This document shows, one piece after another, positions 46,148 to 55,130 of a DNA stretch of 55,410 bases (the first letter of the stretch is position 1; each line of letters opens with the position of its first letter). Source of the DNA: Alphaproteobacteria bacterium (lineage in GTDB: Bacteria > Pseudomonadota > Alphaproteobacteria > Rs-D84); contig JAIDWS010000019.1 of the NCBI GenBank assembly GCA_029059055.1, forward strand, positions 1 through 55,410, written 5' to 3'. A program made the position numbers and the translations under genes. Below the pieces are notes generated by a model. The model saw only the letters and a program-made list of their open reading frames with translations. It was not told the origin of the DNA and did no database searches.

Positions 46148-46930
46148 ATGGATAAAATGTTACAGAAACTGGGACTGTTTTTGGCAATTTTATGTGTAAC
46201 AGCCACGGCATACGGGGCGGATGATTTTTCATTTGAAAACTTTGCCATCGTCGACAGCGGGGATGCCGACATCAATGCCGGTCCGGTTACACTGAATGCG
46301 GATGCCGGCACCGTTAATGTCGCCGGTTTTGATATCGCAGGCATCATGTTGGGCATGCCGTTCGAAGATGTGCAAACCCTGTTCTTTAAGACCAAGGGAT
46401 TATACGCCCCGCGCCAGAAAAACAGCATTATCTATACCATTGCCAAGGATTGGAAATACAACCTGGATTACGAATGCCGTCAACAGGGAATCTATGCACC
46501 GGCCGAATTGGAAAAATGTATTAACAGTCTGGCGCGAAATCGGGGATTGCTGTATGCATCGGAATTGCATTTGGTGCGGGAAACCACCGGCGAAGAAATC
46601 GTTGTTTATTTTACCAGCAATGCCACCGACAACGTTGTATGGCGCGTTGTGTACACCAATGACGTGAACGAAGTCGAAGGTGATGCGGAAAAATTCGCCA
46701 ACCAACGCGAAAAAAAGATTCTGGCGTTTTGGCAAAATGTTCTGGATAAATACGCGGCACCAAATTCCGGCACCGACAAATGGATTACCACCAGCAACGC
46801 ATATGACCCGATGATGACGGCGTATTACGGGTCGCTGGATTTGGTGGACATGGGGCGTTTTTCCACCGACACCGCGAAAAATGTGCAACAGGCCCGCGAA
46901 AATTTCCATGCAAAACCGTATGCGTTCTGA
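46148..46930 (+). CDS. Secreted hypothetical protein
   Basis: Signal peptide; same operon. Confidence 0.75.
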   Translation: MDKMLQKLGLFLAILCVTATAYGADDFSFENFAIVDSGDADINAGPVTLNADAGTVNVAGFDIAGIMLGMPFEDVQTLFFKTKGLYAPRQKNSIIYTIAKDWKYNLDYECRQQGIYAPAELEKCINSLARNRGLLYASELHLVRETTGEEIVVYFTSNATDNVVWRVVYTNDVNEVEGDAEKFANQREKKILAFWQNVLDKYAAPNSGTDKWITTSNAYDPMMTAYYGSLDLVDMGRFSTDTAKNVQQARENFHAKPYAF

Positions 46931-47276
46931 TTATCCAACATCTTATCAAACGGGATTGCGGGCGGAATTCTGGGCGCGAATGTATTTACGGCTGCACGGG
47001 TTTCGAATTATACATACACGATATGTAACGGGGCGTCATACGGGCCGCGCCGAAATTGATATTATTGCCCGGCGTAAAAATCTGATTGTTTTTTGCGAGG
47101 TTAAACACCGCCCCACCCCGACCGATGCATGGGATGCCATAACCGCGCGTCAAAATGCCCGTCTGCGTGCGGCGGCGGAAACATATCTGATGCGGACCGG
47201 TTGGCGGGGCGACGCCCGATTTGATGTTATCATCGTGACACCCCGCGGAATTCAGTGGGTGAAAAATTCCCTATAA
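46920..47276 (+). CDS. yraN: YraN (UPF0102) family nuclease-fold protein
   Basis: GLRAEFWA, EIDIIARRKNLIVFCEVKHR, ARFDVIIV. Confidence 0.9.
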   Translation: MRSDYPTSYQTGLRAEFWARMYLRLHGFRIIHTRYVTGRHTGRAEIDIIARRKNLIVFCEVKHRPTPTDAWDAITARQNARLRAAAETYLMRTGWRGDARFDVIIVTPRGIQWVKNSL

Positions 47277-47281
47277 AAAAC

Positions 47282-47310
47282 TTGAAAACATATCGCAATG
47301 GGGATATAAT
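47282..47310 (+). promoter_or_regulatory. sigma70-type promoter
   Basis: TTGAAA-N17-TATAAT. Confidence 0.7.
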
Positions 47311-47343
47311 CCCAACGTGCTTTTTTAACGAAAGGAGAAGTAA

Positions 47344-47484
47344 ATGAAAAAAGTAATGTTGGCTCTGTTTGCTGTCATGACTTTGGCGGCCTGCACAGGT
47401 TCTTATAAATCCGGCAACTGTGAATATGATTTCTTGCTGCACAAGGATATTTCCATCTCCAAGATTATTGGCAGCTGCAACTAA
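47344..47484 (+). CDS. Small lipoprotein (46 aa)
   Basis: Manual translation MKKVMLALFAVMTLAACTGSYKSGNCEYDFLLHKDISISKIIGSCN; AAGGAG RBS, own promoter and terminator (47489-47518). Confidence 0.8.
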   Translation: MKKVMLALFAVMTLAACTGSYKSGNCEYDFLLHKDISISKIIGSCN

Positions 47485-47609
47485 ATCCAAAAAAATCCCG
47501 GTGTTACCGGGATTTTTTAATACCATCCCGTGATGCGCCACAAAATCTATATTTTCTAAAAAAACCACTTGCATTTATTCCGACAAAGGGTTAATATACG
47601 TAACGCTCT

Positions 47610-47687
47610 GGGGTTGTAGCTCAGTTTGGTTAGAGCGTCTGCCTGTCACGCAGAAGGTCGCGGGTTCGAGCCCCGTCAATCCCGCCA
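47610..47687 (+). tRNA. tRNA-Asp(GTC)
   Basis: GGGGTTG/CAATCCC, CTGC-CTGTCAC-GCAG, CCA; promoter TTGCAT-N17-TAATAT and a downstream terminator. Confidence 0.95.
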
Positions 47688-47828
47688 GAGATTTTTACCG
47701 CCATCCGGCGGTATTTTTTTAATATATCCCCCGGATGGGAATACACACAAAACCACCATGACATAAATTCGATTTATTCCCGCAAAAAGTATGTTATACT
47801 GATTCCATATGACCAAAGGAGAAAATAC

Positions 47829-48245
47829 ATGAATTTAAAATACTTTGCCCTGGCCGGGGCCATGGCGGCATTGGCGGCATGCGATAATTCCACCCCGCAA
47901 CAAAACCCGGATGCCCTGAAAGGGAACAATTACATCGCCCAGCAAGACGGGGTTAACATCGCATTGGCGTTTGACCCGAACGACATGACGGTTCACGGCC
48001 AGATTGTCAACCTGTATAACGGGCCGTACATCGCGGATGGCGAAAAAATCAAATTCGGCAATCTGGCGACGACCATGATGATGGGTCCCCAAAATGCGAT
48101 GGAAGTCGAACAGGCGTTTTTACAATTTATGAACACCGCCGACACATATGAAATCAGCGACAGCAAATTGACCATCAAAAACGCCGACGACCAAGAAATC
48201 GTTTTTGACCAAGTTGCAGAAATTCCGACCCCGGTCAACGAATAA
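47829..48245 (+). CDS. META-domain (HslJ-like) lipoprotein
   Basis: Lipobox LAAC; GQIVNLYNGPY...IKFGNLATTMMMGP...EQAFLQFM. Confidence 0.85.
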   Translation: MNLKYFALAGAMAALAACDNSTPQQNPDALKGNNYIAQQDGVNIALAFDPNDMTVHGQIVNLYNGPYIADGEKIKFGNLATTMMMGPQNAMEVEQAFLQFMNTADTYEISDSKLTIKNADDQEIVFDQVAEIPTPVNE

Positions 48246-48257
48246 TCGCATATTCAC

Positions 48258-48286
48258 TTGACAACGGTTGTGGATGGGGTTATAAT
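48258..48286 (+). promoter_or_regulatory. Consensus sigma70 promoter of tRNA-Glu
   Basis: TTGACA-N17-TATAAT. Confidence 0.8.
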
Positions 48287-48328
48287 CTGCCAGCAATTTG
48301 AAAAAAATCAAATTGAAACGGCAGTTTT

Positions 48329-48404
48329 GGCCCCATCGTCTAGAGGCCTAGGACACCGCCCTTTCAAGGCGAGAACACCGGTTCGAATCCGGTTGGGGCT
48401 GCCA
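48329..48404 (+). tRNA. tRNA-Glu(TTC), probable integration site
   Basis: GGCCCCA/TGGGGCT, CGCC-CTTTCAA-GGCG, GGTTCGAATCC, CCA. Confidence 0.96.
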
Positions 48405-49923
48405 AAAATGATTTACCGTCCATTTGGACGGTATTTTTATTGAAAATCCGCGGCATCCGGGCCGTTCGAAATCCATTTTCAGCAGTCCAGCGTGGTTTTT
48501 CCGTAAAAAGCATCCGAACGAGCCGCTTTTTCTGTGGCACACTTCCATTTTTCCACAGAATTCCAGGGTTTTTGAAAAATGTTCGCCCGCGTTCTATGGC
48601 CGTTCGAAACTTTTCACTGGCCGACAATGGAGGCATAGCCTCCAGTCGTGATTCCAGTTCCCCTTTCTGGGCTGTCATGGCTAATAATTGCCCCTGATAT
48701 AAATCCACCAGCGCACCGTCCCCTTTTGTGGCAGCATCTGCGACCAGACCACCTATGGACGAGATTCTGGTTTCCAATGTGGCAATGTCTGCACGCATCT
48801 TTTGCCGAATGGCATCGTTATCGCGTTCCTTGGTCTTGCAGACACGGTTCAGGACTTCGACAAATAAATCCAGTACCGCATCGTCTGCCTGGGCGGCGTG
48901 CAGGCGTTCCAGAAATGCGTCTTCTACCAAGGCGCGCTGCACAGACCGCTTGTTGTATTCGCAGGCTTTATTATGGCAGCGGTAATATGGATGCAGCTTA
49001 CCCTTATACCCCTTGGCATAATAGCCGGTCAGAGGCCAACCGCAGTGTTCGCAATATATAACACCAGTCAGCGGAAAGTCCACAGCGTTGTTGGTGTGGC
49101 GCGGGGTGCGACCGTTGCGCTGTATTCGTGCCTGTACAACCTGAAACAGTTCAACAGGGATTAGTTTTTCCATTTTCCATTCTTGGCGTGGGATTCCCCA
49201 TTTTTCGTATGCGAATATACCGGTGTATACTTCATTTTTTAACATCTCGCCCACCTTGGTGTCGGTTAGTTTAACGCCGTCAAACGCACCAGAATCGCGC
49301 AAAAATAGTGCGACTTCGTGCTTTGTATTAAACTCGCCTGCTGCGTACTTTGCAAAAGCCTCGCATATAACACTGGCGCGCGGTTCGTCACGTACAATAA
49401 TCACTTGGTTATGTGAATCCCTTTCTCGTTTTAACCCTAATGGCGGCAAAAACTGATAGTAGCCCATTTCCAGCAAAACCCTCATTCGGACTCTTGTTTT
49501 TACTTTATTAGAATCGCGGTGATATTGCGCATTTGCAGCCTCTATATTATCCATAAAGCGCCCTTCGGGGGTGTCTTCGGTTTTTCTATTTACCAGATGC
49601 AGCTCGCCACCAAAAGATTCTATATCTTTGCGGATTCTGCTAAACAAACCTACGTCACGCGCTAATCGAGATATGTCTTGAATAACAACGGCTATTTTTT
49701 CCTGTTTCGCTTTCGTTTTATTGCGTGCAAGACATTCCAGCATCTGCATAATGCCAGGCCGGTTATCAACAGCCCCAGATATACCCTCATCTTGAAATTC
49801 GGCTATTATTTCCAACCCCTGGTATTTTGTATAGTTTTGGCACTCCTGTTTCTGGGACTCGATTGTGTTATCGCGAGCCTGTCTGTCCGATGATACGCGA
49901 TAATAGCAGATTGCATTTTTCAT
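48364..49923 (-). CDS. Large serine recombinase (resolvase + recombinase + Zn-ribbon/coiled-coil domains)
   Basis: YYRVSSDRQ catalytic Ser, QDISRLARD, YCEHCG...YYRCHNKAC; C-terminus read antisense through the tRNA. Confidence 0.93.
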   Translation of the reverse strand: MKNAICYYRVSSDRQARDNTIESQKQECQNYTKYQGLEIIAEFQDEGISGAVDNRPGIMQMLECLARNKTKAKQEKIAVVIQDISRLARDVGLFSRIRKDIESFGGELHLVNRKTEDTPEGRFMDNIEAANAQYHRDSNKVKTRVRMRVLLEMGYYQFLPPLGLKRERDSHNQVIIVRDEPRASVICEAFAKYAAGEFNTKHEVALFLRDSGAFDGVKLTDTKVGEMLKNEVYTGIFAYEKWGIPRQEWKMEKLIPVELFQVVQARIQRNGRTPRHTNNAVDFPLTGVIYCEHCGWPLTGYYAKGYKGKLHPYYRCHNKACEYNKRSVQRALVEDAFLERLHAAQADDAVLDLFVEVLNRVCKTKERDNDAIRQKMRADIATLETRISSIGGLVADAATKGDGALVDLYQGQLLAMTAQKGELESRLEAMPPLSASEKFRTAIERGRTFFKNPGILWKNGSVPQKKRLVRMLFTEKPRWTAENGFRTARMPRIFNKNTVQMDGKSFLAAPTGFEPVFSP

Positions 49924-49978
49924 AATTTGCTCCTTTATTTTGCACCCCTTGAGGTTTAGGTGCCCAAGGTGTGTTTTG

Positions 49979-50101
49979 TTATTTGTTTAGTAGCGTCCAT
50001 GCGAACTCTTCCATAAGAGCCAGCATTTCTGCCAGTTGTTCATTCGTAAAGGTTGTATCCTTTACATATTTCCTTGCCTGGGCAACTGATAAGACCGCCA
50101 T
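49979..50101 (-). CDS. 40-aa small protein directly upstream of the recombinase
   Basis: Manual translation MAVLSVAQARKYVKDTTFTNEQLAEMLALMEEFAWTLLNK; AAGGTG RBS. Confidence 0.6.
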   Translation of the reverse strand: MAVLSVAQARKYVKDTTFTNEQLAEMLALMEEFAWTLLNK

Positions 50102-50227
50102 AGCAACACCTTTTGGGCTGCGTTTTGGCTCTGGCTTATCCAGTCACTAAAACAAGATTTGTTAAATGCGCTATGGGCTGCGCTGGTGTGTCCAGTCGCA
50201 ACCCGCAGCGGGTTAAATATTTGTGCA

Positions 50228-50995
50228 CTATTCATTCAGTGCCTCCATTGTTGTCACCGTGTCGGACACCACGCGACCGCCAGCGTATTTGATGACGCGT
50301 TCGCCGTACTGTGGGTCTGTGCCTCCATTTGAAACGGTTTTTATTCGCCCGTGCTCGCGGTCTATGCTGAAACGTTTGGTGTTAGAATCCAACAGTCGCG
50401 CAAGAATTTGTGCGGGTAGTTCGGAAAAATCAGCCTCATACGACAGCGCGATTTTGTGTATGAAATCGCATTCTTGCAACGCACGGCCCATATTCAGGAC
50501 AATATGCGAATAAGTTGGGATTTCTGGTGCTGTACATATTAGCCCTATATCTGCGGCTCGACACAGTGTTATTCTGTTTTCGCCGTCTATCACCAAATAT
50601 GGCGCATTATGCATCTGGTGACCGCTGTGATACTCCTGTCGGCATAACAGCACAGCAAACCCCAGCACAGACAGCTCTTCATACATAGGCAGGTTTAACC
50701 CATCCAGTATTTGACGCAAAGCCGCCATAGACAGCCCGCGTTTTTTCAGCACAGTCAAGACCGTTGCCATGGCAACATCCAGCGCCGACCATGGTTGCCC
50801 CGGCTGTACATTTAACAGGCCAGCATTGGCCCAGTGTTGCAGTTTGCGCATGCACTGGTCGTCCATGCCACAATCCAGCTCTTGGTTCGGTGCGTTTAGT
50901 TCGCGCATAGTGTCGGCCATAATGCTGGCGGCAAAGGCGTCAAACTGTGCGTGTGTTTCCGCGCCAATGCGGTCAATATTTATGTAGTTCCCCAT
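50228..50995 (-). CDS. Hypothetical DNA-binding protein with a MerR-like HTH
   Basis: RKLQHWANAGLL...WSALDVAMATVLTVLKKRGLSMAALRQIL; AAGGAG RBS. Confidence 0.6.
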   Translation of the reverse strand: MGNYINIDRIGAETHAQFDAFAASIMADTMRELNAPNQELDCGMDDQCMRKLQHWANAGLLNVQPGQPWSALDVAMATVLTVLKKRGLSMAALRQILDGLNLPMYEELSVLGFAVLLCRQEYHSGHQMHNAPYLVIDGENRITLCRAADIGLICTAPEIPTYSHIVLNMGRALQECDFIHKIALSYEADFSELPAQILARLLDSNTKRFSIDREHGRIKTVSNGGTDPQYGERVIKYAGGRVVSDTVTTMEALNE

Positions 50996-51742
50996 TTTTA
51001 CTCCTTTTTGTTGTTTGGGGTTGGCAACATTTGCCCGCCCGACACCATTGTCGGTCAGGATTGTTGCTCGACTATGAATCGTGAGTCAAGTCGTCATTGA
51101 CATCGGTCATGACAACAACTCGCGAAAAACAGTCAAAAAAAGCCCCACGTAGGGGCTTGTCATAATTTGTCAGGGAAATTTAGTCAGGAAAAATGAATCG
51201 TGAAAATTGCACAAAAAAACACCGCAATCGCGGCAGTCATAAATCTGAATCGCAAAACCCGAATCATAAACTTAAAACAAACAAGATAGAATACGCCTTA
51301 TAAGCGATATAAATTTGTTTAAGCGATATGAACGTATTATAACATAATTAAAATAAAAATGTGAAAAATTTTCTACACCGCAGGAAACCAACAAAAAATT
51401 GCAAAAAACAATAAAAGAAACGATTCGATATCGTATATCATTTATGGTCTTTTATAAACCCCTTGCGACGGACTTTTGTCCGTGATAAAATATTATGTGA
51501 ATCCAATGGGAATTGGGTTCGGGGCCGTCGAAAAGCCTTTACTTTCCGGTGCGAAACAAATGTCATCGTTAGTCCGATGTCGTTCCTGTTGTTTTGCATC
51601 GTTATTTATTCCCTGACCTTTATTGGTCGGGGCGCTATTGGCTATACAACACGGGCATGCCCGAAAGGCCAACAGGGTCATTGAAAGTATGATTTTTCGA
51701 ACTCCCCGACCGTCAATTCTTGTTGACGGTTTAATTTTTTAT

Positions 51743-52081
51743 ATGGAACCTGAAATGATAAAAATAACGCGAGAGTCAGCTTGGTGCGGAAAGTTTATAG
51801 GGGCAAACGTCACATTAAATCGGACCCAAACACAAAAAATACGTAATGGCGAAAGTAAAGACTTTGAAACGTCACCAAAACAGCAAAACGCTTTACTGCA
51901 GATTTCGTGTGCCGGAGTTCTTGGCACTTATAATTTAACCCAAGTACAGAATATTGAAGAAATCGCATTCAAAATAACAGCCAGTGATGTTATTTGCAAC
52001 GCGCTTTACAAAGATGGGGGAACCGAATACCTGCATAACCAAACGCCACCACCAATGACATTTGTTGGGTGGCAATTTTAA
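51743..52081 (+). CDS. Hypothetical protein
   Basis: IKITRESAWCGKFIGANVTLN...IRNGESKDF beta-rich domain; start uncertain. Confidence 0.55.
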   Translation: MEPEMIKITRESAWCGKFIGANVTLNRTQTQKIRNGESKDFETSPKQQNALLQISCAGVLGTYNLTQVQNIEEIAFKITASDVICNALYKDGGTEYLHNQTPPPMTFVGWQF

Positions 52082-52106
52082 CAATAAATAAACAAAAGGA
52101 GAAAAA

Positions 52107-52703
52107 ATGAAAAAATCAGTTTTAATGTTGGCAACAGTTGCCGCGCTTAGTGCATGCGGTGGTGGCATGGGCGACAAAGTTGTATCGCGCAGCGATGACC
52201 GCGGTTCGCGTCCGTCATGGGCAAAAGAAGAAAAGCCATTGACCCGCAAGGGCTCCGACCTGTATTTCCTGGGTCAGGCGCGTATTCCTGCTGAAAAAGC
52301 CAATATTTCCATGGGGTACAGAATTGCGGAAAATAACGCCAAAAATTCAATCGCCGGGGCAATAAACCAAAACCTGACCTATATGTTCCAGAATGCCGAA
52401 GAAGGCACCACATATGATGCGACACAGGTTCAGTTTGTTAGCACTGAATCCGCCAAGGCAGTAATGTCCAAGGCAGTTCCCAGTGACCATTATTGGGAAA
52501 AGGTTGTCAGCACAGTCAGTGCCGATGGCGACAAAGAAATGTTTTATTCGGTGTTTGCCCGTGTAAAGATTAGCGAGGCCGACCTGAAAAAAGCGATTGA
52601 CCGCACATTAAATGGGCACAAGGGTATATCCGAAGACCTGAAAAAGAAAGCCGCCCAGCAGTGGGATTTAATGGTTGCCCAGCAGTATGAAATAACCGAA
52701 TAA
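52107..52703 (+). CDS. LPP20-like lipoprotein
   Basis: Lipobox LSAC; RPSWA, YFLGQA, AENNAKNSIA...YWEK pattern. Confidence 0.7.
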   Translation: MKKSVLMLATVAALSACGGGMGDKVVSRSDDRGSRPSWAKEEKPLTRKGSDLYFLGQARIPAEKANISMGYRIAENNAKNSIAGAINQNLTYMFQNAEEGTTYDATQVQFVSTESAKAVMSKAVPSDHYWEKVVSTVSADGDKEMFYSVFARVKISEADLKKAIDRTLNGHKGISEDLKKKAAQQWDLMVAQQYEITE

Positions 52704-52715
52704 AGGGCGCGTATT

Positions 52716-54440
52716 ATGAAATGTTTTGCCGTGTTTTGTCTGGGCGTTTTGACGTCATATGGGGCAATTGCCGCCGGATGTGATTGGGCAACCGAAACAC
52801 CACCTGATGATGCAAAATATAAATATTTTGTGGCCCGCGTATATTCAGATACCAGTGCTGCAGATGCCCAGGCCAAGGCAGAACGCGATATCGATGCCCA
52901 GTTGGGACGCCTGTTTGGTGTCAAACTGAACATGCAGTCTGAATTTTATTCCGACACAACCAGTGCAGACGGAACAACACGTTCTTATGAACGCACAATT
53001 GGCGCAATAACACTGAAAGGCTTGGAACGCCAGAAAAGTGACACGCAAAAAACATCGGGCGCATGGGTCGGCTGTGTGCAGTACAGGTATCCAAAGGCGG
53101 AAATAACCCGCGAAAAAGAACGACTGGCTAAACTGGGGGATGCAGAAAAAGAACAACCCCTAACGTTCACTGAAGTACAGGGAGACACGCAGTGCAAGGG
53201 TGCTCCGGTTGAAATTGTGACGACCCCTGGTGGGGCTTATGTCACGCTGGACAATGGAAAATACCAAGGAACAAGTCCCATAAAATTCGGCAATGTGTGC
53301 AATGGTAAGCATTCGCTGGAAATAACCAAGGAAAATTATACCCCAGTGACGCAGCAGGTTATTGTTCCGACGTCTGGACGCATAAGCAAGACATTAAAAC
53401 GCGATTCAAAGCGCATAACGGTGCGCACCAGCCTGAAAAATTCGCAAATTGAAATAAATGGCGTCAACAAGGGCAAAGAACCGGTTGTGTTTAATGCACC
53501 GCTGGGACTGGAACAGACCATAACCGCAACGAACAGCGAAGCGGTAAAAATAACCCGCACTCGCACATTTTCTAAGGATTCTGACAGTGAATATATAATA
53601 GGTATGGAAAAATTGCCGGGACGTTTGGATTTTTCTGCATTCAAGGTTCGCAATCCAGATGTGCGCATAACCGTTGATGGCAAGGAAATAAAAGGCAATA
53701 CAACGGGGGAATTATCACCAGACAAGTCCCATCGGTTGAATTTTTCAAAAAAGGGTTTTTATGAAATAAATAAAAGCCTCAGTATTAGTGGTGGCGAAAC
53801 AACCTATTATCCCAGCAGCGAACTGCATTTTTCAAAGGAACCCAGTGAAACAATAGGGATATTTGGCGGAATTGGTGCAAGTACTGGCATCAATAACACC
53901 GGATTCAATTTAGACCTAGGTTTAGATTATAAAACAAAATACTTTTATGGTTCATTGGCAGGACAGTTGAATTATATATTTTTGCCAAAATCTACCGTTT
54001 CAACCGATTTTTATAAAGCACATTATTCTGTTGATATAGATTTATCATATGCTGAATTTTTATATTCGCAGTTGGGCGTAAACATTTCGCAACGATGGAC
54101 TCTATTTGGGATTGGCAGTCTCGGTCAATTGCGTTTAACCATGTCGGACTCTATGTATGTAAATGGATTTAATGTGTTAGAAAACACAAAAACAATGGTT
54201 CGTTTTGGCGGCGGAATCCAATATTCAATCAGTAAAAAGGATTCTGCATATGGGCTCAGAATATTCTATTTAACAGGACAAACTAACCTATCTATAGATG
54301 ATATCAAATTTAATGTTGACGACAGTCATCTTAAGAATAAAACATTTGAGAAAGACTATCCCAAACAAATAAACAGTTTTAATATCACATTCTTTTTTCG
54401 TAGTTTTTTTGCGCCGGGAGGCAAACATGCCGACAATTGA
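52716..54440 (+). CDS. Secreted multidomain protein: LPP20-like N-terminus, PEGA repeats, beta-barrel-like C-terminus
   Basis: Signal peptide; CDWATETP...AQAKAERDIDAQL; IVTTPGGAYVTLDNGKYQGTSP...GKHSLEITKENY (PEGA); aromatic-rich beta strands at the C-terminus. Confidence 0.7.
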   Translation: MKCFAVFCLGVLTSYGAIAAGCDWATETPPDDAKYKYFVARVYSDTSAADAQAKAERDIDAQLGRLFGVKLNMQSEFYSDTTSADGTTRSYERTIGAITLKGLERQKSDTQKTSGAWVGCVQYRYPKAEITREKERLAKLGDAEKEQPLTFTEVQGDTQCKGAPVEIVTTPGGAYVTLDNGKYQGTSPIKFGNVCNGKHSLEITKENYTPVTQQVIVPTSGRISKTLKRDSKRITVRTSLKNSQIEINGVNKGKEPVVFNAPLGLEQTITATNSEAVKITRTRTFSKDSDSEYIIGMEKLPGRLDFSAFKVRNPDVRITVDGKEIKGNTTGELSPDKSHRLNFSKKGFYEINKSLSISGGETTYYPSSELHFSKEPSETIGIFGGIGASTGINNTGFNLDLGLDYKTKYFYGSLAGQLNYIFLPKSTVSTDFYKAHYSVDIDLSYAEFLYSQLGVNISQRWTLFGIGSLGQLRLTMSDSMYVNGFNVLENTKTMVRFGGGIQYSISKKDSAYGLRIFYLTGQTNLSIDDIKFNVDDSHLKNKTFEKDYPKQINSFNITFFFRSFFAPGGKHADN

Positions 54441-54921
54441 CCTGTTGAAAGCCCTGTTATTTGAATCTGTGGCAAAATTATATGCCAACGATTATTACTT
54501 GATTGCGCGTGGCGGTATGGAAACTGCGTGCCAAACACGGGTCATGTATTATATGCAGGATATGCTGTATAATGACCCAAGGTTCGTTAGATGGCAACAT
54601 TACAACGTGGACTGCGAATATAACAAAAACGTGCATGGCGTAAAAGAGTTGCCGTGCGCAGAAAGGTATGTCCAGCCAGACCTGCTATTGCATATCCGTA
54701 ATACAAACGACCATAATTTATTAGTGGCAGAGTTCAAGTTGGAGAGCAACGATGCTACTTATGATATGGAAAAACTAAAATGTTTAACGAACAGTCAGCA
54801 TGAGTATCGTTATCTGTTAGGTGTCGCCGTGAAACTCTCAAAACGTGGGGCAACCTATACATTTGTTCACAAAGGCAAAGTAAAAGAAACCATAGAACAT
54901 AATAATACATGGAGGGATTAG
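54427..54921 (+). CDS. PD-(D/E)XK-like nuclease-fold hypothetical protein
   Basis: E(TAC)...VDCEYNK...YVQPDLLLHIRNTNDHNLLVAEFK. Confidence 0.6.
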   Translation: MPTIDLLKALLFESVAKLYANDYYLIARGGMETACQTRVMYYMQDMLYNDPRFVRWQHYNVDCEYNKNVHGVKELPCAERYVQPDLLLHIRNTNDHNLLVAEFKLESNDATYDMEKLKCLTNSQHEYRYLLGVAVKLSKRGATYTFVHKGKVKETIEHNNTWRD

Positions 54922-54923
54922 TA

Positions 54924-55130
54924 ATGAAAACACCACAAAACACTGAACAAAAATCATTGGCGGATGCGCTGACTCGAACAAACTGGTTATTGACTGCGAT
55001 TGCTGTGTTATTGGCAATGGGGCTGATTATGGATGTTTTGATATATTCCAGCGTTATAACCCTACCAAATAACATACACTATGGCTTTAATGCAATTTAT
55101 GAACGTATGGGCCGGATGCGCGTATATTAA
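54924..55130 (+). CDS. Small single-pass membrane protein
   Basis: GGAGG RBS; hydrophobic WLLTAIAVLLAMGLIMDVLIY. Confidence 0.6.
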   Translation: MKTPQNTEQKSLADALTRTNWLLTAIAVLLAMGLIMDVLIYSSVITLPNNIHYGFNAIYERMGRMRVY

